This document shows, piece after piece, positions 11,619 to 23,044 of a DNA stretch of 64,000 nt. The notes under the pieces were generated by a model that saw only the letters and a list, made by a program, of their open reading frames with translations, had not been told where the DNA came from and searched no databases. The number at the start of each line of letters is the position of its first letter. Position 1 is the first letter of the stretch. The stretch is from NCBI RefSeq assembly GCF_964355755.1, contig NC_092672.1, forward strand, positions 18,737,237 to 18,801,236, read 5' to 3'. The stretch is from Antedon mediterranea. Taxonomy: Eukaryota; Animalia; Echinodermata. The position numbers and the translations under genes are program-made.

Positions 11619-12983
11619 TCATGGTGTATTCTGATTGTTCGTATCTTCAATGTACGTATATCCTTGTACGTCAAGATCTTCAGGAACTTGAGAAGCAAAT
11701 GAATGTCTCCAGTGACCATAATGTCCAGTACTTGGTAATCGGGGTAAAGATCGATCATAAAGACCACTATTAGAAACTCGATCTCTGGTATCATAGTACA
11801 CAGTAGGTTGATATATCTCTCTACCAGATGAATCAGTAGCAGTCCTTGTCTTACAGAAGCATTGATAATAAACAGGAATGACGACAACAACTACAACAAT
11901 AATGACGACTAATATGATAATAATGATTACAACATACAAAGACACACTATCCTTATCTTCTTCATTACTCGTATTTATATTCACCTTATGTAATTGTATT
12001 ACGTCATTACTTTCTTCTGTAGATTCCTTGTTGTTTCTTACATTTGATATTATTAAAGTTATTGTATTTCTACTAATCCCAACATTATTTTCTGCAGAAC
12101 ATGTGATTATTGTTCCATTTATCGCTATTGATGGTTTTATAAGCGTCAATACTTGTCCATCTGCAATGAACTCATTAGCAACCAATGCAGGTGAAGTCGT
12201 CCACATAAACTGAGTAACTGGAGGATTAGCAAATGATTGACAGAATAAAATAGAATCAGATCCAGCAAATATTGTGCTTGCGTGTTGTATTTTAACTTCT
12301 GGACGATATTGTATATTCAGATTTTGAATTGTACAGTTACGCTTTTCAGGTAAAACATCTGTTGTTTGGAAACATGTAAATGTACCATCGTTATCTAGTT
12401 TGTTTGCTTCAAATACAAAATGATTATAGACAAGCGACTCTTTAATTTCCGTGGATGTCTTTGAATATGAAACTTCTATTGTCTTGTAATTCCAACTTAA
12501 TTGAACTGGTGGATCAAGCAGTTCACTAATACAAGATAACTTTATTTCAGTTCCAGCAACGTAACTTTCCTTTGATTGAATACATTTTGGATATTCACTA
12601 GACGGAATTTGATAAACTACGAGATGAGCTGGTTGTGATTTAAGATTACTATTTATTTCACAGTGATATTCACCTGCATCTGATTGCTGTAGGTTGACAA
12701 TCAACAACACATATGAATAAACTAGTGTGTCAAGGACTTTATCCAAATTTACTGACAATCTAGAATCTTTTACTATAACTTCTGCCTGATTGCTTATTTT
12801 AACATTACCCTTCCACCATGAAACAAATTCATTCTTGTCATCGTTAAGGTTATTAATATAACATTTAAGCGTTGCGACTTTACCTTCTATTTCTCCAACG
12901 TCTTTTGGTTTTTCAGCAAATTCTAAACTTTGTACAATATATGCAGCTATTAAAATTACTGAAGCAAATTTTAATATTTCCAT
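11619..12983 (-). CDS. L7: 3-Ig membrane receptor, subfamily A'
   Basis: 454-aa ORF; tail ends NTP. Confidence 0.93.
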   Translation of the reverse strand: MEILKFASVILIAAYIVQSLEFAEKPKDVGEIEGKVATLKCYINNLNDDKNEFVSWWKGNVKISNQAEVIVKDSRLSVNLDKVLDTLVYSYVLLIVNLQQSDAGEYHCEINSNLKSQPAHLVVYQIPSSEYPKCIQSKESYVAGTEIKLSCISELLDPPVQLSWNYKTIEVSYSKTSTEIKESLVYNHFVFEANKLDNDGTFTCFQTTDVLPEKRNCTIQNLNIQYRPEVKIQHASTIFAGSDSILFCQSFANPPVTQFMWTTSPALVANEFIADGQVLTLIKPSIAINGTIITCSAENNVGISRNTITLIISNVRNNKESTEESNDVIQLHKVNINTSNEEDKDSVSLYVVIIIIILVVIIVVVVVVIPVYYQCFCKTRTATDSSGREIYQPTVYYDTRDRVSNSGLYDRSLPRLPSTGHYGHWRHSFASQVPEDLDVQGYTYIEDTNNQNTP

Positions 12984-13372
12984 TTCTGATTGTGTTTAAA
13001 AAAAAATAAATCGTCAACAAGAACATTTATAATACATTTTGAAAAACAAAATACGGCAAAACTGTCTTAACCGGTCCTAACGTCATTGTTAATTTAACAT
13101 TTACCAAACAAGACAATCTCGCATTATAAATAAATAAAGCATAATCAATTTTAAGTTGTGTTACAGGTATTAGCACACTACGTTTTTCATGTTGATAAAT
13201 TAGTTCTTAAATGAAGTTGTTGAAATTCTCTGTTTACAACGGCTGTCAGCTGTGTAGCACCTACATGATTTGTATTTTCTTGTCTTTTGCACCCAAATAT
13301 TCGATAGGAAACCCTAACGAAAACAGGCTTTAGTTTTATCTTTTGCACCCTTTCTGGGAGGTTCATTTAATC

Positions 13373-14755
13373 TTAAAGTGTATTTTGAATATTTCTATCT
13401 TCAATGTAAGTATATCCTTGTACATCAAGATCTTCAGGAACTTGAGAAGCAAATGAATGTCTCCAGTGACCATAATGTCCAGTACTTGGTAAACGAGGTA
13501 AAGATCGATCATAAAGACCACTATTTGAAACTCGATCTCTGGTATCATAGTACACAGTAGGTTGATATATCTCTATACCAGATGAATCAGTAGCAGTCCT
13601 TGTTTTACAAAAGCATTGATAATAAACAGGAATAATGACAACAACGACAACAATAATGACGACTAATATGATAATAATGATCACAACATACAATGATACT
13701 TCATCTTCTACTTCAGCGTTATTCTCTGTATTTATATCGAACTCCGACCTGCTACTATATTCTCCATTTGAATCTATTTTATTGTTATAATCCTTTGATG
13801 TTACATACTTTTCATTGAAAATATATATTGTTGTTGTGGCGACATGTGATCCAATAGAGTTTTCTGCTTTACACGTAATCTGTGTTCCATTTCTACTAAT
13901 AGTTGGTTTTAGAAGTCTCAATACTTGGCCTTCAGTCGCATATCCGTATGATTCCAACATTGGTTTAAATGTCCAGGTAAATGTCCTTACAGGAGGGTTT
14001 GCTATTGCCTGGCAAAATAAAATAGAATCTGACCCAGAAAAAATGACGCTAGTGTGTCGTATTTTGACTTCGGGAATATATTGTATATTGAGATTGGTAA
14101 TTGTACAATTAGAAGTAGCGGGAACAACTTCTGAATTTTGCAAGCAAACAAATGTGTCGTCATTGTCAGATTTTTTAGCAGTAAATTGAAGATGTTTATA
14201 AACAATGTTATCGCGTATATCTGTACTTACATCCTGATCTGATATTGGCAGTATGGTACGTTTCCACCTTAATTCCACTGGAGGATTAATTATCTCTGAT
14301 ATACAAGAGAGTTGTACATCAGAACCGGATATATAACTTTCTTTTGATTGAAAGCATTGTGGGTATTCATCGGATGGCTTCTGTAATATAGTCACACGAA
14401 CAATTTCAGAATGTATTTCATCAATATTAGAAATCTTACAATAATATCCTCCTTCATCTTCTCGTACAGATTGTGAAATTCCTAACAAATATGTTAGTTT
14501 GTTAGTTCCTGGAAAGTCTGTCAAAGTTGCAATTAATCTTGAATCTTTAATAAGTATGTTGTTCTTATTACTCAATTGACGTTCTCCTTTCCACCATGCA
14601 ATGTCGCTTGAATCTGGTAATTTGCCTTGAATAAAACATTTGACTGTAACTGAATCTCCTTCTAGTACGCTAACGTCATTCATATCAGGCAAGAATTGTT
14701 GACCAATTGCATTTTCCATGATAACAAAAAGCATAAATAAAAGAGCCTTATACAT
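13373..14755 (-). CDS. L8: 3-Ig membrane receptor, subfamily C
   Basis: The track start at 14773 is TTG; the first ATG (14755, MYKALLFMLFVIMENAIGQQF) begins a signal peptide. Same architecture with a longer acidic stalk. Confidence 0.92.
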   Translation of the reverse strand: MYKALLFMLFVIMENAIGQQFLPDMNDVSVLEGDSVTVKCFIQGKLPDSSDIAWWKGERQLSNKNNILIKDSRLIATLTDFPGTNKLTYLLGISQSVREDEGGYYCKISNIDEIHSEIVRVTILQKPSDEYPQCFQSKESYISGSDVQLSCISEIINPPVELRWKRTILPISDQDVSTDIRDNIVYKHLQFTAKKSDNDDTFVCLQNSEVVPATSNCTITNLNIQYIPEVKIRHTSVIFSGSDSILFCQAIANPPVRTFTWTFKPMLESYGYATEGQVLRLLKPTISRNGTQITCKAENSIGSHVATTTIYIFNEKYVTSKDYNNKIDSNGEYSSRSEFDINTENNAEVEDEVSLYVVIIIIILVVIIVVVVVIIPVYYQCFCKTRTATDSSGIEIYQPTVYYDTRDRVSNSGLYDRSLPRLPSTGHYGHWRHSFASQVPEDLDVQGYTYIEDRNIQNTL

Positions 14756-15090
14756 TTTTAATATTAAAACCAATGTCCAGTATGTTTTTGTTACTAATAA
14801 ATAACAGCTTAATCACAGTTGTACCAATTTTGTTTGACGAGTCTACAAAATACAAGTAAAAATGTACAGTACAGTATCCATCTGATTGGTTAAATGAACA
14901 GCAACGATAAAAAAAAAATATGTTACTGGTATAACATATATTTGTTTCCTAAAATAATAATAGGCTAATGTTATAAAATAGTTTATGTGTATGATGTAAT
15001 GATGATGATGTATTTTATACTTTAGCTTTTGATAAGATAAACATTGTCTTAAATGAGACAAATAACATAGTTTACCTCCTTTAAAAAGTA

Positions 15091-16479
15091 TCATAGTGTA
15101 TTCTGATTGTTCCTGTTTTCAATGTATGTATAACCTTGTACATCAAGATCTTCAGGAACTTGAGAAGCAAATGAATGTCTCCAGTGACCATAATGCCCAG
15201 TACTTGGTAAACGAGGTAAAGATCGATCATAAATACCACTATTAGAAACTCGATCTCTGGTATCATAGTACACAGTAGGTTGATATAACTCTCTACCAGA
15301 TGAATCAGTAGCAGTCCTTGTCTTACAGAAGCATTGATAATAAACAGGAATGATGACAACAACTACAACAATTATTACGACTAATATAATAATAATGATC
15401 ACAACATACAATGATACTTTATCTTCCTTACCAGCAGTGTTCTCGGAATTGATATCTTCCTCTGACCAGTTATTATATTCTGTATTTGAATCTATTTTAT
15501 TGTTAAAATCTTTTGATTTTACATAATTTTCATTGAAAATATATACTGTTGTTGTGGCGACAGATGACCCAATAGAGTTTTCTGCTTTACACGTAATCTG
15601 TGTTCCATTTCTACTAATAGTTGGTTTAAGAAGTCTCAATACTTGGCCTTCAGTCGCATATTCATATGATTCTAAAACAGGTTGAAATGTCCAACCAAAC
15701 GTCATTACAGGAGGGTTTGCTGCTGTCTGGCAAAATAATATAGAATCTGACCCAACAAAAATTACGTTAGTGTGTCGTATTTTTACTTCAGGAATATATT
15801 GTATATTGAGATCGGTAATTGTACAATTAGAAGTAGCGGGAACAACTTCTGAGTTTTGTAAGCAGACAAAAGTTTCGTCATTGTCAGTTTTTTCAGCAGT
15901 AAACTGAAGATGTTTATAAACAATGTCATCACGTATATCTGTATTTACATCCTCATTTGATATTGCTGTTTTTGTTCGTGTCCAACTTAAATCTACTGGA
16001 GGATTAATTACCTTTGAAATACAAGACATTTTTACATCAGAACCGACAATATAACTTTCCTTTGACTTTGTGCATTGTGGGTATTCATCAGAAGGCTTCT
16101 GTAATATGGTAACTCGAACAATTTCAGAACGAATTTCATCATTATCTGAAATAATCCTACAATAATAGTTTCCTTCATCTTCTCGTAATGATTGTGGAAT
16201 TACCAACAAATATGCTATTTTGTTAGTTCCTGGAAAATCTGTTAAAGTTGCAGTTATTCTAGAATCCTCAATAAGTATGTTGTTCTTGTTACTCAATTGA
16301 CTATCTCCTTTCCACCAAGATATAGCACTTGACTCTGGTAATTTACCTTGAATGAAGCATTTGACTGTAACTGATTCACCTTCTAATACGCTAATATCAT
16401 TTATACCAGACAAGAATTGCTGTCCATTTGTATTTCCCAGTATGATAACAGTATACATAAATACAATAACAAAATACAT
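15091..16479 (-). CDS. L9: 3-Ig membrane receptor, subfamily C
   Basis: 462-aa ORF, same architecture. Confidence 0.93.
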   Translation of the reverse strand: MYFVIVFMYTVIILGNTNGQQFLSGINDISVLEGESVTVKCFIQGKLPESSAISWWKGDSQLSNKNNILIEDSRITATLTDFPGTNKIAYLLVIPQSLREDEGNYYCRIISDNDEIRSEIVRVTILQKPSDEYPQCTKSKESYIVGSDVKMSCISKVINPPVDLSWTRTKTAISNEDVNTDIRDDIVYKHLQFTAEKTDNDETFVCLQNSEVVPATSNCTITDLNIQYIPEVKIRHTNVIFVGSDSILFCQTAANPPVMTFGWTFQPVLESYEYATEGQVLRLLKPTISRNGTQITCKAENSIGSSVATTTVYIFNENYVKSKDFNNKIDSNTEYNNWSEEDINSENTAGKEDKVSLYVVIIIIILVVIIVVVVVIIPVYYQCFCKTRTATDSSGRELYQPTVYYDTRDRVSNSGIYDRSLPRLPSTGHYGHWRHSFASQVPEDLDVQGYTYIENRNNQNTL

Positions 16480-16641
16480 AGTTAACGTCTAAGAGTATTG
16501 ACTCATTACTATTAATAATATACCAAATCAATTGACCACTGTATATCCTCAATATAATCTTGAAATGAAATAGTCAACAACGGATGAAAAGGCTTAAAAA
16601 TAAAATTATAAATAGTATTCATCTGAATGGTTGCAGTTACA

Positions 16642-16673
16642 GCAACGAGAATATAAAATTATGTTACGGGTAT
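16642..16673 (-). promoter_or_regulatory. Conserved upstream element, left array (L9 example); sense ATACCNGTAACA-N17-TGC
   Basis: Found upstream of all 13 left genes: 1646-1671, 3504-3529, 5438-5463, 7433-7458, 9569-9594, 11308-11333, 13139-13164, 14901-14926, 16642-16667, 18409-18434, 20176-20201, 21950-21975, 24920-24945. Spacers of different subfamilies otherwise align poorly. Confidence 0.7.
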
Positions 16674-16851
16674 AAATAATCTTTGCTTCTTAAAATAAGT
16701 GATTGGTTTGTATCTTGTAATTCTATATGTTAAACGTTTTTACCTGTGTACGGTTTGATGTAGGTGTAGAATATATACGTAAGTTACTAACAAGATAAGT
16801 ATTATTATAAAGAAAAGTAATAACATAATTTTACAAATACCTTGAAAAAAA

Positions 16852-18246
16852 TCATAATGTGTTCTGATTCTGATTGTTTTTGTTGTCAATGTACGTATAT
16901 CCTTGTACATCAAGATCTTCTGGAACCTGAGAAGCAAATGAATGTCTCCAGTGACCATAATGTCCAGTACTGGGTAAACGAGGTAAAGATCGATCATAAA
17001 GACCACTATTTGAAACTCGATCTCTGGTATCATAGTACACAGTAGGTTGATATAACTCTCTTCCAGATGAATCAGTAGCAGTCCTTGTCTTACAGAAGCA
17101 CTGATAATAAACAGGAATGATGACAACAACTACAACAATAATAACGACTAATATAATAATAATGATCACAACATACAATGATACTTTATCTTCATTATCA
17201 GCATTATTTTCAGTATTTATATCGACCTCCACCCTGCCGTTATTTTCCACATTTGAATCTATTTTATTGTTAGAATCTTTTGATTTTACGTAAATTTCTT
17301 TTAAAATATATACTGTTGTTGTGGCGATAGTTGACCCAATAGTGTTTTCTGCTTTACACGTGATCTGTGTTCCATTTCTACTAATAGTTGGTTTAAGAAG
17401 TCTCAATACTTGGCCTTCGGTCGCATATTCGTATGATTTCAAAACAGGTTGAAATGTCCAACTAAACTTCCGTACAGGAGGGTTTGCTGCTGTCTGGCAA
17501 AATAATATAGAATCGGACCCAGCAAAAATGACGCTAGTGTGTCGTATTTTTACTTCAGGAATATATTGTATATTGAGATTAGCAATTGTACAATTAGAAG
17601 TAGCGGGAACAACTTCTGATATTTGTAAGCAGACGAATGTTTCGTCATTGTCAGTATTTTTAGCAGTAAACTGAAGATGTTTATAAACAATGTCATCAAG
17701 TATATCTGTACTTACATCCTGATCTGATATTGATGTTTTTGTACGTGTCCAACTCAAATCTACTGGAGGATTAATTAATTCTGAAATACAAGAAAGTTTT
17801 ACATCAGAACCGGCTATATAACTTTCCTTTGATTTAATGCATTGTGGGTATTCATCAGAAGGCTTCCGTAATATGGTAACTTGAATAATTTCAGAACGAA
17901 TTTCATTGTTATCTGAAATAATCCTACAATAATATTTGCCTTCATCTTCTCGTACTGATGGTGAGATTACTAATAAATATGTTATTTTGTTAGTTCCTGG
18001 AAAGTCTGTTAAAGTTGCAGTTATTCTGGAATCCTCAATAAGTATGTTGTTCTTGTTACTCAATTGACGATCTCCTTTCCACCAAGATATAGCACTTGAC
18101 TCTGGTAATGTACCTTGAATGAAGCATTTGACTGTAACTGATTCACCTTCTAATACGCTAATATCATTTATACCAGACAAGAATTGCTGTCCATCTGTAT
18201 TTCCCAGTATGATAACAATATACATAAATACAATAACAAAATACAT
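16852..18246 (-). CDS. L10: 3-Ig membrane receptor, subfamily C
   Basis: 464-aa ORF, near-identical to L11. Confidence 0.93.
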   Translation of the reverse strand: MYFVIVFMYIVIILGNTDGQQFLSGINDISVLEGESVTVKCFIQGTLPESSAISWWKGDRQLSNKNNILIEDSRITATLTDFPGTNKITYLLVISPSVREDEGKYYCRIISDNNEIRSEIIQVTILRKPSDEYPQCIKSKESYIAGSDVKLSCISELINPPVDLSWTRTKTSISDQDVSTDILDDIVYKHLQFTAKNTDNDETFVCLQISEVVPATSNCTIANLNIQYIPEVKIRHTSVIFAGSDSILFCQTAANPPVRKFSWTFQPVLKSYEYATEGQVLRLLKPTISRNGTQITCKAENTIGSTIATTTVYILKEIYVKSKDSNNKIDSNVENNGRVEVDINTENNADNEDKVSLYVVIIIIILVVIIVVVVVIIPVYYQCFCKTRTATDSSGRELYQPTVYYDTRDRVSNSGLYDRSLPRLPSTGHYGHWRHSFASQVPEDLDVQGYTYIDNKNNQNQNTL

Positions 18247-18618
18247 AGTTAACGTCTAAGAGTATTGACTCATTACTATTAATAATATACCAAATCAATT
18301 GACCACTGTATATCCTCAATATAATCTCGAAATGAAATAGTCAACAACGGATGAAAAGGCTTAAAAATAAAATTATAAATAGTATTCATCTGAATGGTTG
18401 CAGTTACAGCAACGAGAATATAAAATTATGTTACGGGTATAAATAATCTTTGCTTCTTAAAATAAGTGATTGGTTTGTATCTTGTAATTCTATATGTTAA
18501 ACGTTTTTACCTGTGTACGGTTTGATGTAGGTGTAGAATATATACGTAAGTTACTAACAAGATAAGTATTATTATAAAGAAAAATAATAAAATAATTTTA
18601 CAAATACCTTGAAAAAAA

Positions 18619-20013
18619 TCATAATGTGTTCTGATTCTGATTGTTTTTGTTGTCAATGTACGTATATCCTTGTACATCAAGATCTTCAGGAACTTGAGAA
18701 GCAAATGAATGTCTCCAGTGACCATAATGTCCAGTACTGGGTAAACGAGGTAAAGATCGATCATAAAGACCACTATTTGAAACTCGATCTCTGGTATCAT
18801 AGTACACAGTAGGTTGATATATCTCTATACCAGATGAATCAGTAGCAGTCCTTGTATTACAGAAGCATTGATAATAAACAGGAATGATGACAACAACTAC
18901 AACAATAATAACGACTAATATAATAATAATGATCACAACATACAATGATACTTTATCTTCATTATCAGCATTATTTTCAGTATTTATATCGACCTCTGAC
19001 CTGCCGTTATTTTCCACATTTGAATCTATTTTATTGTTAGAATCTTTTGATTGTACGTAAATTTCTTTTAAAATATATACTGTTGTTGTGGCGATAGTTG
19101 ACCCAATAGTGTTTTCTGCTTTACACGTGATCTGTGTTCCATTTCTACTAATAGTTGGTTTAAGAAGTCTCAATACTTGGCCTTCGGTTGCATATTCGTA
19201 TGATTTCAAAACAGGTTGAAATGTCCAACTAAACTTCCGTACAGGAGGGTTTGCTGCTGTCTGGCAAAATATTATAGAATCTGACCCAGCAAAAATGACG
19301 CTAGTGTGTCGTATTTTTACTTCAGGAATATATTGTATATTGAGATTAGCAATTGTACAATTAGAAGTAGCGGGAACAACTTCTGATATTTGTAAGCAGA
19401 CGAATGTTTCGTCATTGTCAGTATTTTTAGCAGTAAACTGAAGATGTTTATAAACAATGTCATCAAGTATATCTGTACTTACATCCTGATCTGATATTGA
19501 TGTTTTTGTACGTGTCCAACTCAAATCTACTGGAGGATTAATTAATTCTGAAATACAAGAAAGTTTTACATCAGAACCGGCTATATAACTTTCCTTTGAT
19601 TTAATGCATTGTGGGTATTCATCAGAAGGCTTCCGTAATATGGTAACTTGAATAATTTCAGAACGAATTTCATTGTTATCTGAAATAATCCTACAATAAT
19701 ATTTGCCTTCATCTTCTCGTACTGATGGTGAGATTACCAACAAATATGCTATTTTGTTAGTTCCTGGAAAATCTGTTAAAGTTGCAGTTATTCTAGAATC
19801 CTCAATAAGTATGTTGTTCTTGTTACTCAATTGACGATCTCCTTTCCACCAAGATATAGCACTTGACTCTGGTAATGTACCTTGAATGAAGCATTTGACT
19901 GTAACTGATTCACCTTCTAATACGCTAATATCATTTATACCAGACAAGAATTGCTGTCCATTTGTATTTCCCAGTATGATAACAATATACATAAATACAA
20001 TAACAAAATTCAT
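18619..20013 (-). CDS. L11: 3-Ig membrane receptor, subfamily C
   Basis: 464-aa ORF, 1767-bp tandem duplicate of L10. Confidence 0.93.
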   Translation of the reverse strand: MNFVIVFMYIVIILGNTNGQQFLSGINDISVLEGESVTVKCFIQGTLPESSAISWWKGDRQLSNKNNILIEDSRITATLTDFPGTNKIAYLLVISPSVREDEGKYYCRIISDNNEIRSEIIQVTILRKPSDEYPQCIKSKESYIAGSDVKLSCISELINPPVDLSWTRTKTSISDQDVSTDILDDIVYKHLQFTAKNTDNDETFVCLQISEVVPATSNCTIANLNIQYIPEVKIRHTSVIFAGSDSIIFCQTAANPPVRKFSWTFQPVLKSYEYATEGQVLRLLKPTISRNGTQITCKAENTIGSTIATTTVYILKEIYVQSKDSNNKIDSNVENNGRSEVDINTENNADNEDKVSLYVVIIIIILVVIIVVVVVIIPVYYQCFCNTRTATDSSGIEIYQPTVYYDTRDRVSNSGLYDRSLPRLPSTGHYGHWRHSFASQVPEDLDVQGYTYIDNKNNQNQNTL

Positions 20014-20385
20014 AGTTAACGTCTAAGAGTATTGGCTCATTACTATTAATAATATACCAAATCAATTGACCACTGTATATCCTTAATATAATCTCGAAAT
20101 GAAATAGTCAACAACGGATGAAAAGGCTTAAAAATAAAATTATAAATAGTATTCATCTGAATGGTTGCAGTTACAACAACGAGAATATAAAATTATGTTA
20201 CGGGTATAAATAATCTTTGCTTCTTAAAATAAGTGATTGGTTTGTATCTTGTAATTCTATATGTTAAACGTTTTTACCTGTGTACGGTTTGATGTAGGTG
20301 TAGAATATATACCTAAGTTACTAACAAGATAAGTATTATTATAAAGAAAAGTAATAACATAATTTTACAAATACCTTGAAAAAAA

Positions 20386-21777
20386 TCATAATGTGTTCTG
20401 ATTCTGATTGTTTTTGTTGTCAATGTACGTATATCCTTGTACATCAAGATCTTCAGGAACTTGAGAAGCAAATGAATGTCTCCAGTGACCATAATGTCCA
20501 GTACTGGGTAAACGAGGTAAAGATCGATCATAAAGACCACTATTTGAAACTCGATCTCTGGTATCATAGTACACAGTAGGTTGATATATCTCTCTACCAG
20601 ATGAATCAGTAGCAATCCTTGTTTTACAGAAGCATTGATAATAAACAGGAATGATGACAACAACTACAACAATAATGACGACTAATATGATAATAATGAT
20701 CACAACATACAATGATACTTTATCTTCATTATCAGCATTATTTTCAGTATTTATATCGACCTCCACCCTGCCGTTATTTTCCACATTTGAATCTAATTTA
20801 TTGTTATAATCTTTTGATTTTACGTAAATTTCTTTTAAAATATACACTGTTGTTGTGGCGATAGATGACCCAATAGTGTTTTCTGCTTTACACGTGATCT
20901 GTGTTCCATTTCTACTAATAGTTGGTTTAAGAAGTCTCAATACTTGGCCTTCGGTCGCATATTCGTATGATTTCAAAACAGGTTGAAATGTCCAACTAAA
21001 CTTCCGTACAGGAGGGTTTGCTGCTGTCTGGCAAAATAATATAGAATCTGACCCAGCAAAAATGACGCTAGTGTGTCGTATTTTTACTTCAGGAATATAT
21101 TGTATATTGAGATTAGCAATTGTACAATTAGAAGTAGCGGGAACAACTTCTGATATTTGTAAGCAGACAAATGTTTCGTCATTGTCAGTCTTTTTAGCAG
21201 TAAACTGAAGATGTTTATAAACAACGTCATCACGTATATCTGTATTTACATCCTGATCTGATATTGGTGTTTTTGTACGTCTCCAACTCAAATCTACTGG
21301 AGGATTAATTACTTCTGAAATACAAGACAGTTTTACAGCAGAACCGGCTATATAACTTTCCTTTGATTTGATGCATTGTGGGTATTCATCAGAAGGCTTC
21401 CGTAATATGGTAACTCGAACAATTTCAGAACGAATTTCATTGTTATCTAAAATAATCTTACAATAATATTTGCCTTCATCTTCTCGTACTGATGGTGAGA
21501 TTACTAATAAATAAGCTATTTTGTTGGTGTCTGGAATTTCTGTTAAGGTTGCAGTTATTCTTGAACCTTCAATTAGTATGTTGTTTTTGTTACTCAACTG
21601 ACGATCTCCTTTCCACCACGAAATAGCGCTTGATTCTGGTAATTTGCCTTGAATAAAACATTTTACTGTAACTGCACTTTTTTCTAATACGCTGACATCA
21701 TTCATATCAGGCAAGAATTGTTGTCCACTTGTATTTTCCAGGAAGATAACAAAGATAAATAAAGCAGCATAATACAT
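20386..21777 (-). CDS. L12: 3-Ig membrane receptor, subfamily C
   Basis: The track start at 21801 is TTG; first ATG is 21777 (MYYAALFIFVIFLENTSGQQF). Confidence 0.92.
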   Translation of the reverse strand: MYYAALFIFVIFLENTSGQQFLPDMNDVSVLEKSAVTVKCFIQGKLPESSAISWWKGDRQLSNKNNILIEGSRITATLTEIPDTNKIAYLLVISPSVREDEGKYYCKIILDNNEIRSEIVRVTILRKPSDEYPQCIKSKESYIAGSAVKLSCISEVINPPVDLSWRRTKTPISDQDVNTDIRDDVVYKHLQFTAKKTDNDETFVCLQISEVVPATSNCTIANLNIQYIPEVKIRHTSVIFAGSDSILFCQTAANPPVRKFSWTFQPVLKSYEYATEGQVLRLLKPTISRNGTQITCKAENTIGSSIATTTVYILKEIYVKSKDYNNKLDSNVENNGRVEVDINTENNADNEDKVSLYVVIIIIILVVIIVVVVVIIPVYYQCFCKTRIATDSSGREIYQPTVYYDTRDRVSNSGLYDRSLPRLPSTGHYGHWRHSFASQVPEDLDVQGYTYIDNKNNQNQNTL

Positions 21778-22696
21778 GGTTAATTTTGAAACTAATATCA
21801 ACAGTTATTTATTTTTTGGTTACTTTTATAAACACCACTATCATTTAACCAGAATGTATTTTAGATCTGATAAAATAATCACCATTCTGTATAATGAGAG
21901 ACCACAAAATAGGGTAATATTATTAATAATTTGTACTGTGGCGGTTATAGCAACGAGAAAATAAAATTGTGTTACCTGTATACATATGTTAAACTCAAAC
22001 ATGTATTGTTCATTTATTCAATTCGGTACTAAAAAATCAAAAACATGGTGATGAATAAAGCTGAAAACAGTTCTATTTATATCAATGTTACATTATTTTC
22101 AGTCTGTTCTGAAACGTTTGGTCAATATGACACACTTTGTCATCTATTAATAATAATAATAAAAATAAATAAAAAGAATAGAATGGTCAATTGTATTAAT
22201 AGCCTATTGTAAGTCAAGCATGATCATACCTACAGAATTACGTTTTCTAATTAAATCTTTTAGGTGAATGAGGATTAAGTTGGTAGAGACAACATATTCT
22301 AAATAAGTATTTAAAGACTACCTTTTCTAAAATTTAAAATACGTATGGGTTTTCGGTAATTTCATTACAGTATCTTTTGGATCTTTTATGTTAAGAGGCA
22401 ACACATTGGCTAATTTCAAATTATTTGAATAATATTCATAATTATAAATTAACAACATTAATGGCCTTTTAAAAAGTTGGCTGGAATATTATCAAGTACA
22501 AGTCCTTTGTTTAAGATAAGTCTGCTGATTTCATAACATATTTTTTCTTCACTAACTTCTGACAAAGAAAAATTTGTTTTTAGAAGCATAGACAAAATAG
22601 ACAAATTAAATGGCCTATTCAAATAAACACATTGTTAACATTACTGTTTTTCAATGGGACAATATATATTGTATATTGTATTATCTTATTATAGTA

Positions 22697-23044
22697 ATAA
22701 TAATAAACAGGAATGATGACAACAACTACAACAATAATGACGACTAATATGATAATAATGATCACAACATACAATGATACTTTATCATTTTTTCAGCTTT
22801 ATTCTCGGTTTTGATATCGACCTCCGACCTGCCATTATATTCTCCATTTGAATCTATTTTATTGTTAGAATCTTTTGATTTTAGATAATTGTCTTTGGAA
22901 ATATAATTATACTGTTGTTGTGGCGACAGATGACCAAATAGAGTTTCGACTTTACACGTAATCTGTGTTCCATTTCTACTAATAGTTGGTTTAAAAAGTC
23001 TCAATACTTGACCTTCAGTCACATATTCATATGATTCTAAAACT
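22697..23044 (-). pseudogene. Internal fragment of a subfamily C gene (end of Ig3, stalk, TM), frameshifted
   Basis: Matches L9/L13 from LESYEYVTEGQVLRLFKPTISRNGTQITCKVE to IIPVYY with indels; no 5' half and no tail. Confidence 0.88.
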
